Below, piece after piece: positions 19,342-27,145 of a stretch of 40,511 nt of DNA (position 1 is the first letter of the stretch; the number at the start of each line of letters is the position of its first letter). Source of the stretch: an uncultured Candidatus Sumerlaeota bacterium (lineage in GTDB: Bacteria; CAYMEV01); contig CAYMEV010000013.1 in NCBI GenBank assembly GCA_964389675.1, forward strand, positions 62,001 through 102,511. The letters are read 5' to 3'. The notes beneath the pieces were generated by a model. That model saw only the letters and a list, made by a program, of their open reading frames with translations. It had not been told where the DNA came from and searched no databases. Both the position numbers and the translations under genes were made by a program.

Positions 19342-19906
19342 TCCTGAAAATATCATTCAGTTAATAAAGGAGCATTATCCTGTCTCAATCCCCCTGCTGA
19401 TAATTATTTCCCTATTCTTAACATATGCTCTGATATTTATTCTTTTGCGGATAAAGGACATTTTCAAGGCCAGAACAGATATTCTGATAAGAGGGTTCAG
19501 AATGGACAGGGAAGCTACTATCAGACAGTTCATGCATGATGATTCAAATCTTTCCGACTTTGAGAAACAGCTTGTATACGAAACAATAGAAAGGGATGAC
19601 AAGTATCTTTTTGCCTTAAGATGCTGGACTGCAAGGATGGAGAATATAAGGTCGCATATCCCTGCGGTGATAGTCTTCGCAAAAGACAGAATCCTGATAA
19701 TCCCTTTCCTTAAAAATGGGGGTTTTCCTTTTGAATATGCCTATTACAGCCAGATCTCAGATGCAAGGATGAAAAAAGGGATTTTCTCGTATAAGCTTAA
19801 GCTTTATGCTGAAAAAAAGCGCCTGGGTGTAATCCTTGACAGCAGGTATCCGGGGGTGGTAAAGCATATGGCTGATTTCATAAGGAAAAGGACTGACCTG
19901 GCTTAG
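19337..19906 (+). CDS. Membrane-anchored protein with a bacterial PH-like C-terminal domain; start uncertain (ATT 19337 vs TTG 19445)
   Basis: The frame is open upstream of TTG 19445 through a TM helix (VSIPLLIIISLFLTYALIFILL). C-terminal VIVFAKDRILII...YSQISDARMKKGIFSYKLKL resembles bacterial PH domains. Confidence 0.55.
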   Translation: MNPENIIQLIKEHYPVSIPLLIIISLFLTYALIFILLRIKDIFKARTDILIRGFRMDREATIRQFMHDDSNLSDFEKQLVYETIERDDKYLFALRCWTARMENIRSHIPAVIVFAKDRILIIPFLKNGGFPFEYAYYSQISDARMKKGIFSYKLKLYAEKKRLGVILDSRYPGVVKHMADFIRKRTDLA

Positions 19907-19907
19907 A

Positions 19908-20585
19908 ATGCTGAATGCCTTCAGCAGATATATCAGGGAAACAAGAAACCCTGTTTACAGCTTCATATTAATTTTTCCCCTTATTATCCTCTATGAGATA
20001 CTTATCTTATTGACCAGGCCAAGATTTGTTGCAAGGGCAGGTGTCTGGGCGGACTGGATCCTGAATCTGGTGAATGTAAATACAGTATTCGGCAAAATGC
20101 TTCTTGTAAGCCTGCTTATTATAGTAATTGGTTTTTTTTCATTGAAGAAAAAAAGGCCTGAGATCAGGATTGAATACTTTCCTTTAATGTTTTTAGAAAG
20201 TATTGTCTATGCATATTTTTTTGCAAATGCAGTCTTTTTTGTAAGAAGATCTATTCTTCTTGGTATTTTTTCTTCAAATGAGGGCCTTGTGCTTTCAATT
20301 GGTGCAGGTTTCTATGAAGAGCTGTTCTTTCGGCTTATACCCATCCTTTTATTGAAAATCTTTATAAAGCAGGGTGATAAAAAAACTCTATATATTCTGG
20401 CAGTGGTACTGTTTTCCAGCCTTTTATTTTCTCTGTTCCATTATATAGGATATGAGGCTTTCAGCTTTGATTCTTTTATCTTCAGGTTTATCTCATCGGT
20501 AATTCTGTTTATAATATTTTTGACCAGAGGGTTCGGGATTGCAGTGTATACTCATACTATCTATGATATAATGTGCTTTTATTAG
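19908..20585 (+). CDS. CPBP (CAAX/Abi) family intramembrane glutamic protease
   Basis: YEELFFR, FSLFHY and HTIYD motifs; multi-TM. Confidence 0.8.
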   Translation: MLNAFSRYIRETRNPVYSFILIFPLIILYEILILLTRPRFVARAGVWADWILNLVNVNTVFGKMLLVSLLIIVIGFFSLKKKRPEIRIEYFPLMFLESIVYAYFFANAVFFVRRSILLGIFSSNEGLVLSIGAGFYEELFFRLIPILLLKIFIKQGDKKTLYILAVVLFSSLLFSLFHYIGYEAFSFDSFIFRFISSVILFIIFLTRGFGIAVYTHTIYDIMCFY

Positions 20586-20588
20586 AGC

Positions 20589-21674
20589 TCAGATTGCCTC
20601 CAGCACACCGAGATAAAATTTTGTTCCCTCACCCCCGAAAGCAATATCAAATCTGAAATTTACCCCGTTACTGGAAAGCTTATACCTCAAACCAGCTCCC
20701 CCCGATATCTTGACTTCATTGAATGACATCTCTGATATATCTGAAAAGGTGCTGCCGATGCCTGCAAAGACTGCTGCAGCAAATTTTTCAGACAGCCTTA
20801 TCCTGTATTCAGCCTGGACTGCTATCAGGTTGTTGTCCCTGTATCTGTACCTGGTTATTCCCCTTAAGAGGCTGGGGCCTCCAAGGGAGGGCATGAAGTA
20901 AAAGGGGCAGTCACCTGTGTTGAAATGCGAATAGAGCTGGAGGGCTATTGAATTGCCGTATAAAGGCCTGAAAAAACGAAAGTCGATCTGATAGCTCGTG
21001 AATGAATAATCACTGAACAGGCTGGCATTGTACAGATCAATCATTATATTATAGAGCTCTCCCCTGAGTGAATAGAATATATTATCTCTTGTATCGTATG
21101 ATATATGAAGTCCTGCACCAAACACAGCGCTGTCATCAAAAGAAGAAAGGTACTTCTGCCTTTCCGGCTCGCCGCCATCCAGTTCAGAGATCCCAATATT
21201 TTTGTAATCGAAGCTCAAACCGGCATAAAGGTCCTTATATATCTTTTTTTTAAGGCTGGATGAAAACTGATAGCCTTTTGCTGTAAATTCTGTGTAATCG
21301 TCGTTTGAAGTATTTCCTGTTCCATAGAATTTTTCAGGGTAATCCCTGAACCTTATTTCAGATCTGGATATAAATTCCTGATTATTTAAATAAAAGGTCG
21401 GAATAATGGTTATCATTTTCTGGTTGTTCTGTGTATATATAATATTAGTGGAGATACTGGAAGGTTTCTGGCTGTTGCTGTCCTCATCAGGCTGAAAGAA
21501 ATAAAGAAGGCCTGCTGCAAGCCCCCATCTGGTTTCAGGCTGATAGAAAGCTCCTGGAACAAAAATAATGCCGGAGCTTTCAGTCTCCTGATTAGTTTCT
21601 GTGTCAGCCAAAATCCACGGCGATATTACAAGGATATGGATTATGGTAATTATAATAGACATCCATTTTAACAT
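20589..21674 (-). CDS. Omp85 (BamA/TamA-like) beta-barrel without POTRA domains
   Basis: Signal peptide, FYQPETRWG, SYDTRDN, SLGGPSLLRG...RYRD, GAGLRY, NFRFDIAFG; only 361 aa. Confidence 0.8.
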   Translation of the reverse strand: MLKWMSIIITIIHILVISPWILADTETNQETESSGIIFVPGAFYQPETRWGLAAGLLYFFQPDEDSNSQKPSSISTNIIYTQNNQKMITIIPTFYLNNQEFISRSEIRFRDYPEKFYGTGNTSNDDYTEFTAKGYQFSSSLKKKIYKDLYAGLSFDYKNIGISELDGGEPERQKYLSSFDDSAVFGAGLHISYDTRDNIFYSLRGELYNIMIDLYNASLFSDYSFTSYQIDFRFFRPLYGNSIALQLYSHFNTGDCPFYFMPSLGGPSLLRGITRYRYRDNNLIAVQAEYRIRLSEKFAAAVFAGIGSTFSDISEMSFNEVKISGGAGLRYKLSSNGVNFRFDIAFGGEGTKFYLGVLEAI

Positions 21675-21877
21675 AATTTTATATCTTCCTTTCTGACCTG
21701 CATTTATTCTGTTACTATCATTTCCCGGACTGCTGATGCATAATTTTCTCCAGTATATACGGTCAATAAAGCTGGCTTATTAATGCCAGCTAAATAAAAC
21801 ATATAAAATTACTAAAAAAAAGTAAAAATGTTGCATTTATAAAAGGATCTATTTTTTGCCCGGCTGTTTTTATTATT

Positions 21878-21905
21878 TTGACATACCCGGTAATTAAATT
21901 AATAT
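21878..21905 (+). promoter_or_regulatory. Candidate sigma70 promoter for the ABC operon
   Basis: TTGACA-N16-TAATAT, 9 nt before ATG 21915; no SD. Confidence 0.45.
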
Positions 21906-21914
21906 TTTACTGTT

Positions 21915-22838
21915 ATGGAAACAGAGAACAAACCATTCCTGAAATTCAGGGATTATTCTGTCTATTACGGCAATTATCAGGCAGTAAAGAATTTTGACAT
22001 AGAGATTGACGGAGGTATAATCGGCCTGCTTGGGCCGAATGGTGCAGGGAAGACGACCCTTATCAAGGGTATACTGGGCCTTCAGTCCAAAACGGAGGGT
22101 GAAATAGAGGTATATTCAAGAAATATAAGGGATAAATCAATGAGAAGGAATATTGGGTATATGGCAGAGGATGATACTCTTATTACAGGGGTCAACGGAA
22201 TAAACTTTACCGCATATATGGGACTTCTGGCTGGTATGCCCAGGGTAGAGGCTATCAAGAGAGCTCATGAGGTAATAGGCTATATAGGCTTAGGTGAGAT
22301 AAGGTACAGAAATGTCGATACATATTCAAAAGGCAATATGCAGAAGATCAAACTGGCAGCAGCTCTTGTCCACGACCCTGATTGTCTGTTCCTTGATGAG
22401 CCTACCAGTGGCCTGGATCCAAAAGGGCATTCGGAGATACTGGAACTGATAAGGGAATTCGGGCACCTGGGAAAGGATATTGTCATATCAAGCCATTTAA
22501 TAGATGAGATAGAAAAGATATGCGATAAGATCGTCCTTATTCAGGATGGAACACTGAAGCGTTTTGAAAAGATAAAGAAACTGAAGCAGAAAGAGAACCT
22601 GATTTTTGAAACAAGGATATATGGTGATGCTGAATATTTTGAAAAGGCGGTTTTTGACCTGCCTGGGGTACATATAATAAAAAAAAATAACAGCAGTTTT
22701 GTCTTAAGTATTGAAAAGCCTGAAAATAAGCAGGAATTATTCAAAAAATGCATTGAAGGAGATATTGAGATAAGGCTGTTTGTCCCATCAGAGCACAGGC
22801 TTCAGGAAGTAATCATGGATATTATTGACAATGGATGA
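21915..22838 (+). CDS. ABC transporter ATP-binding protein
   Basis: GPNGAGKTT, signature YSKGNMQK, LFLDEPTSGLDP, SSH. Confidence 0.92.
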   Translation: METENKPFLKFRDYSVYYGNYQAVKNFDIEIDGGIIGLLGPNGAGKTTLIKGILGLQSKTEGEIEVYSRNIRDKSMRRNIGYMAEDDTLITGVNGINFTAYMGLLAGMPRVEAIKRAHEVIGYIGLGEIRYRNVDTYSKGNMQKIKLAAALVHDPDCLFLDEPTSGLDPKGHSEILELIREFGHLGKDIVISSHLIDEIEKICDKIVLIQDGTLKRFEKIKKLKQKENLIFETRIYGDAEYFEKAVFDLPGVHIIKKNNSSFVLSIEKPENKQELFKKCIEGDIEIRLFVPSEHRLQEVIMDIIDNG

Positions 22839-23742
22839 CCAGAACAGGGCATATTTGAGATTGAACAGGTATTCTGCCTGGAACAAGCTTTTTGTTGAAA
22901 GAAGGTTTTCTTTCATGCCTGTCATAGAGTTTCATCTTAAAAGATCCCTCAGGAAAAAACTGTGCAAATACCTGCTTTTTGTATGCATAGTGATCACGCT
23001 ATTCTTCCTTGTTACTATTGTCTTTGACCAGATAAAGGATTCTGAACTTGCAAAAACAGGTTCAGTGTCAGCAATGATTGATATGCTAAAAGAAATCAAT
23101 TTCATGGCTTTCGGCAATACCCTTTTTTATAATTATATATATTCCCTTTTGTTTATCTGGTTCCTGCTTTTTGTGATATCAAGCAGTGAGATAATATCAA
23201 TGGATAGAAAGCTTAATGCAACCGTTCTCTATCTCACAAAACCGCTGAGCATAAATGATTATATTGCAGGCAAAATGCTGTCAATCGTTATATTTATATT
23301 TGCAGCGGGGTTTTTGCCGATAGTATTGATGTATATTGTGAAGCTGATTGTATCTCAGGATTTCAGCATCATTGCAGGGCATTTTATCCTCCTTGTAAAG
23401 CTGCTGCTGTTCTTTTCCGTCTATTCCCTGTTTATTTCATCCATAATAATGCTGATCTCAGCAATAATGAAATCATCCAGAATGGTTATAATTGTAATTT
23501 TTGCCTTATATTTTATATCAGGCATTTTTTCAAGCATTATCGGTGCTGTTGGCAAAACAACAGGGATATTTCCCCCGGAATATGCACAGCTGGTTTCCGT
23601 AAATGGTCTTATACAGTCACTGCTTAAAGGCCTTATAAAGAATGAGGAGCTGATCCTGGGCATGTTCTCCTTTTTTATAATGATAGGGTTTTCTTTGTTA
23701 TTTCTTGCTGTCATAAGGATTATTGTAAAAAGGTCTATATAA
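22831..23742 (+). CDS. ABC-2 type exporter permease
   Basis: About 6 TM segments, ISMDRKLNATVLYLTKPLSINDYIAGK; coupled to both ATPases. Confidence 0.8.
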   Translation: MDDQNRAYLRLNRYSAWNKLFVERRFSFMPVIEFHLKRSLRKKLCKYLLFVCIVITLFFLVTIVFDQIKDSELAKTGSVSAMIDMLKEINFMAFGNTLFYNYIYSLLFIWFLLFVISSSEIISMDRKLNATVLYLTKPLSINDYIAGKMLSIVIFIFAAGFLPIVLMYIVKLIVSQDFSIIAGHFILLVKLLLFFSVYSLFISSIIMLISAIMKSSRMVIIVIFALYFISGIFSSIIGAVGKTTGIFPPEYAQLVSVNGLIQSLLKGLIKNEELILGMFSFFIMIGFSLLFLAVIRIIVKRSI

Positions 23743-24669
23743 ATGATCATTTTTAAAAATGTTACTAAATGGTATGGTGATGTAATAGGGATCATGTCAG
23801 TGGATTTCACGATAGACAGGGGCCTTTATGGCCTCCTGGGGCCTAATGGAGCAGGAAAATCAACGATAATGAAGCTGATACTGGGCCTTCTAAAGCCTAA
23901 TCAGGGCAGAATTGAAGTGGCAGGCGAAAACCCTTCCACTTTCAGGCTTAATAAGGGCAAAATAGGTTATGTCCCTGAGATTGACCCTTTTTACTCAAAC
24001 GAAAAATGCCTCGATATTGTAAAAAGATATGCAAAATATTATGATATCCCTGAAGTCAAACTCCGAGAGAGGCTTGCATTTATGGAGAAAATCATAGAGG
24101 TCGGGGATTTTATGAATAAGAAGATCAGTAATTGCTCCAAAGGCATGAGGCAAAGGCTTAAGGTATTTATAGCCCTTCTGCATGACCCTCGTATACTTGT
24201 CCTCGATGAACCTTTCAACGGGCTGGATCCCATTTCAAGAACAAAGATAGCACGGTATCTGAGTTCAATAGCACTGGACAGAACAATAATCATATCAAGC
24301 CATATACTGTCAGAGGTTGAATCTCTTACCGATAATATAATCCTGATTAATAACGGCAATATCTTTGCTACAGGCAGCATCCTTGATATCAGGGAGAAGA
24401 TGGATAATATACCCAGAAAAATTTTTCTTGTTGCAGACAATATAGACAAGCTTACCATGAGAATTATAAATATGGATGAGATAAGCGGTATTGAGATTGA
24501 TAAGGAAAAGCAGGGTATAAGGATATTTTCAACAAAACCCTCGATGATTTACAGAGAGATTATGAGGGCCCAGTCTGAAGATCTGATTGATATAAGATAC
24601 CTTTTCGGGGAAGATGAGGACCTGGAATCAGTTTTTTCATATATTACGGACAAGAGGTCATTGAAATGA
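23743..24669 (+). CDS. ABC transporter ATP-binding protein
   Basis: GPNGAGKST, CSKGMRQR, LVLDEPFNGLDP, SSHILSEVE. Confidence 0.92.
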   Translation: MIIFKNVTKWYGDVIGIMSVDFTIDRGLYGLLGPNGAGKSTIMKLILGLLKPNQGRIEVAGENPSTFRLNKGKIGYVPEIDPFYSNEKCLDIVKRYAKYYDIPEVKLRERLAFMEKIIEVGDFMNKKISNCSKGMRQRLKVFIALLHDPRILVLDEPFNGLDPISRTKIARYLSSIALDRTIIISSHILSEVESLTDNIILINNGNIFATGSILDIREKMDNIPRKIFLVADNIDKLTMRIINMDEISGIEIDKEKQGIRIFSTKPSMIYREIMRAQSEDLIDIRYLFGEDEDLESVFSYITDKRSLK

Positions 24670-25421
24670 GATTCAATCAGTTAATTGCCGTTGAGATAAA
24701 AAGAAGGCTTAAAAGATCTCTAATCAGATTCATGCTATCTCTAATGCTTCTCCCAGTCCTGTTTGCAATAATAGGGCTGATAATCAGGATCTCAGCCAGT
24801 TTATCATTCAATACATGGGATATTCTGCCAATCCTGTACCCGCTTTATTTTTTAATCACTATTCTTGTTTCTGTGGGGACTGTAAAGGAGGATATTGATG
24901 ACAATTCATATGTTTTTATAAATATCCTCCCTTTTTCAAAGCATATGTATTATACTGTAAGGCTTTTAAGCAGTTATATACTGGTATTTGCATCATTTTC
25001 AATATCACTGCTGCTCTTTTACATCATTTCTTTCATATCTGCATCAGGTATGTTATCAGAACTTGAATCATTTTTTGATTATCTGATCGGTTTTGCTTTT
25101 GGACTGCTGGCATACTGCTGTGTATTTTCGTTTTTCGGTACAGCTTTCAGAAAAGCAACAATCTACTCAATAATTTACCTGTTTTTCTGGGAGGGTATAT
25201 TTGGATATGCATTCTTTTTTCTTGAGAAACTCACAGTTATATTCTATATGAGGAATCTTCTCCCTTTTACTCAGGCAACAGGGTTTAAGAGCTTTTTCCT
25301 GATGAAGCAGGATATAATTTCTGATGTTCATGCCATAGCCGGATTACTTGTTTTTTCCGTTATTTTCTATCTTGCCGGATTGTATGTCTTTATAAAGAAG
25401 GGCTATATAACAGGAGAATAA
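24666..25421 (+). CDS. ABC-2 type exporter permease
   Basis: Multi-TM, VKEDIDDNSYVFINILPFSK, YLFFWEG; ATGA overlap with the ATPase. Confidence 0.78.
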   Translation: MRFNQLIAVEIKRRLKRSLIRFMLSLMLLPVLFAIIGLIIRISASLSFNTWDILPILYPLYFLITILVSVGTVKEDIDDNSYVFINILPFSKHMYYTVRLLSSYILVFASFSISLLLFYIISFISASGMLSELESFFDYLIGFAFGLLAYCCVFSFFGTAFRKATIYSIIYLFFWEGIFGYAFFFLEKLTVIFYMRNLLPFTQATGFKSFFLMKQDIISDVHAIAGLLVFSVIFYLAGLYVFIKKGYITGE

Positions 25422-25439
25422 CAGGCTTTTCGGTAAGAA

Positions 25440-26255
25440 CTACCCCTCTTCTGCACCCTTATAGCTGAATGAGGATGTAAGGCTTTTTAAGTCAAGATTC
25501 TTAATGTCAAGCGTAATCTCTTTGGTTATGATTGTGTTGATGAAAAGCTCTATAAGTTTCATATACTCATTTGTAGCCCGTTTTTTGCATGGGACATGAA
25601 AACCCAGGTTTAGCGTCTTCATTGCAGCCTCTTTCTTTGTTATATCCCTTATGGCTGTTGTATCGCTGCTTGTGCTGAAGAGAAGAGCCAAAACAGGCGC
25701 ATTGATATTATAGGTCTTGTTTTTCAAATCAGAATTAAAGGGAGTGGAATAAGCGATAAATTTCTCTCCGCTGTTTTTAACAAGGACAAGACTGTCAGAA
25801 AGAAGGCTCTTCTTGTCTATAAGGTCAGCAAGCTGTTGCCTGACATCAAGCCAGCTCCCTGTAACTATGAAAGACATCTGGTTTTCTATGAATCCAAGTC
25901 CGTGTATGAGTATTGAATCTTCAAGCAGGGCGATCATGCCCATTATTGTCCTGAGGAAATTATCAAAGGTTATCGGGTGAAGGAAAACTCTGGCTTTGAT
26001 CGTGCTTCTGGCCAGATCATAATATCCCTTATAAAAATTTGTATAAAATTTAATGATGTTCTTTTCAATTGATGTTTCCAGCTTATCTGACTTATTCTCG
26101 ATCTGAGGAAGTTCTTCAACAAAAATATTGTATCTCGGCAGTTTTGCCGCAAAGAAATTGTCATACCTCTGGTGAAAATACTTAAAAAAGGCAGCATTAT
26201 TAAAGGTAAGTGCTATCGGTATTCCGCCAATTTCTATTACACCGCTTACAATCAT
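25440..26255 (-). CDS. HprK-related (ScmC-like) kinase-fold protein with a degenerate Walker A
   Basis: FDNFLR, LIHGLG, FIVTG, LLSDS, AYSTPF, NINAPV and ITKKEAA match the family layout; no GxGKS/T. Confidence 0.55.
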   Translation of the reverse strand: MIVSGVIEIGGIPIALTFNNAAFFKYFHQRYDNFFAAKLPRYNIFVEELPQIENKSDKLETSIEKNIIKFYTNFYKGYYDLARSTIKARVFLHPITFDNFLRTIMGMIALLEDSILIHGLGFIENQMSFIVTGSWLDVRQQLADLIDKKSLLSDSLVLVKNSGEKFIAYSTPFNSDLKNKTYNINAPVLALLFSTSSDTTAIRDITKKEAAMKTLNLGFHVPCKKRATNEYMKLIELFINTIITKEITLDIKNLDLKSLTSSFSYKGAEEG

Positions 26256-26262
26256 AGCCTAA

Positions 26263-26290
26263 ATCTTAAGTACTTGATTATATAAGTCAA
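26263..26290 (-). promoter_or_regulatory. Candidate sigma70 promoter (possible leaderless mRNA)
   Basis: Minus strand TTGACT-N16-TAAGAT-N7-ATG(26255). Confidence 0.45.
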
Positions 26291-26305
26291 TAAAAAACTT
26301 ATACA

Positions 26306-27124
26306 TTATGATTGCTTTGTCAGGATGTATACATTTGGCTCATAAGGTTTCTCATAAAATTCAAAGCCAAGGCTTAAAAGGAAATCTACAAGCCCGGAAC
26401 TTTCTTCCGGTATCATTATTTCATAGTATCTGCCTTTGCCTGCAATATATGAAAATGCCTTCATGTAGAAGGAAAAGGCCTCTTTTGAGAATTTCAGAGG
26501 CATGAATATCTGGTCGCTAATATTTTTTATTGCATAAAATTTATAGATTCCTGCCTTATGGAATGTGGAATTTTTGATTATCCATTCTAATCCTTCAGCA
26601 GAATTTTTAATAAATTTCCAGCCATAGGGAATATACTCCCTGAAAACCTTAAAATCATCATCAACAGGTTTCCAGGATGCAGGAGGGGATAAATCTGTTC
26701 CTGCTTTCCGGTTCAGGCAGAAAAACCTCTCTTTTATTCTGAAACCATTTCTGGATGCTATACTGAGGCTCTGGGCATTCTTGTAATATGTTGCAAATTC
26801 GATGTACTTTCCCTTGCCTTCGCTTATACATTGAAATGCTTTATCCATAATAAAGCCATTTAATATATTCCCTATTTTTCTGCCCTGGTAATCAGGATGA
26901 ACTCTAAGACCTTCAAGCCATATTGTTTTTTCAGGAAGGATTGTAAGTTTGACAGTTCCTATAACCCTGTCATTATCCAAAGCTGCATAGAATCCCCCTT
27001 CTTTTACCCATCTGGCAAAAACACTGCTCAGATAATCAGAGCCCTCCCAGGTAATCCTTGATATTTCATCAATATATCCTTTATCATTCAGAGTGCATTT
27101 GCGTATTTTTATCATGCTATCCAT
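26306..27124 (-). CDS. GNAT family N-acetyltransferase
   Basis: TWEGSDYL, WLEGLRVHPDYQGRKIG, NAQSLSIASRNGF; extra C-terminal lobe. Confidence 0.8.
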   Translation of the reverse strand: MDSMIKIRKCTLNDKGYIDEISRITWEGSDYLSSVFARWVKEGGFYAALDNDRVIGTVKLTILPEKTIWLEGLRVHPDYQGRKIGNILNGFIMDKAFQCISEGKGKYIEFATYYKNAQSLSIASRNGFRIKERFFCLNRKAGTDLSPPASWKPVDDDFKVFREYIPYGWKFIKNSAEGLEWIIKNSTFHKAGIYKFYAIKNISDQIFMPLKFSKEAFSFYMKAFSYIAGKGRYYEIMIPEESSGLVDFLLSLGFEFYEKPYEPNVYILTKQS

Positions 27125-27145
27125 CCTGCAGGAAATATTTTATAA

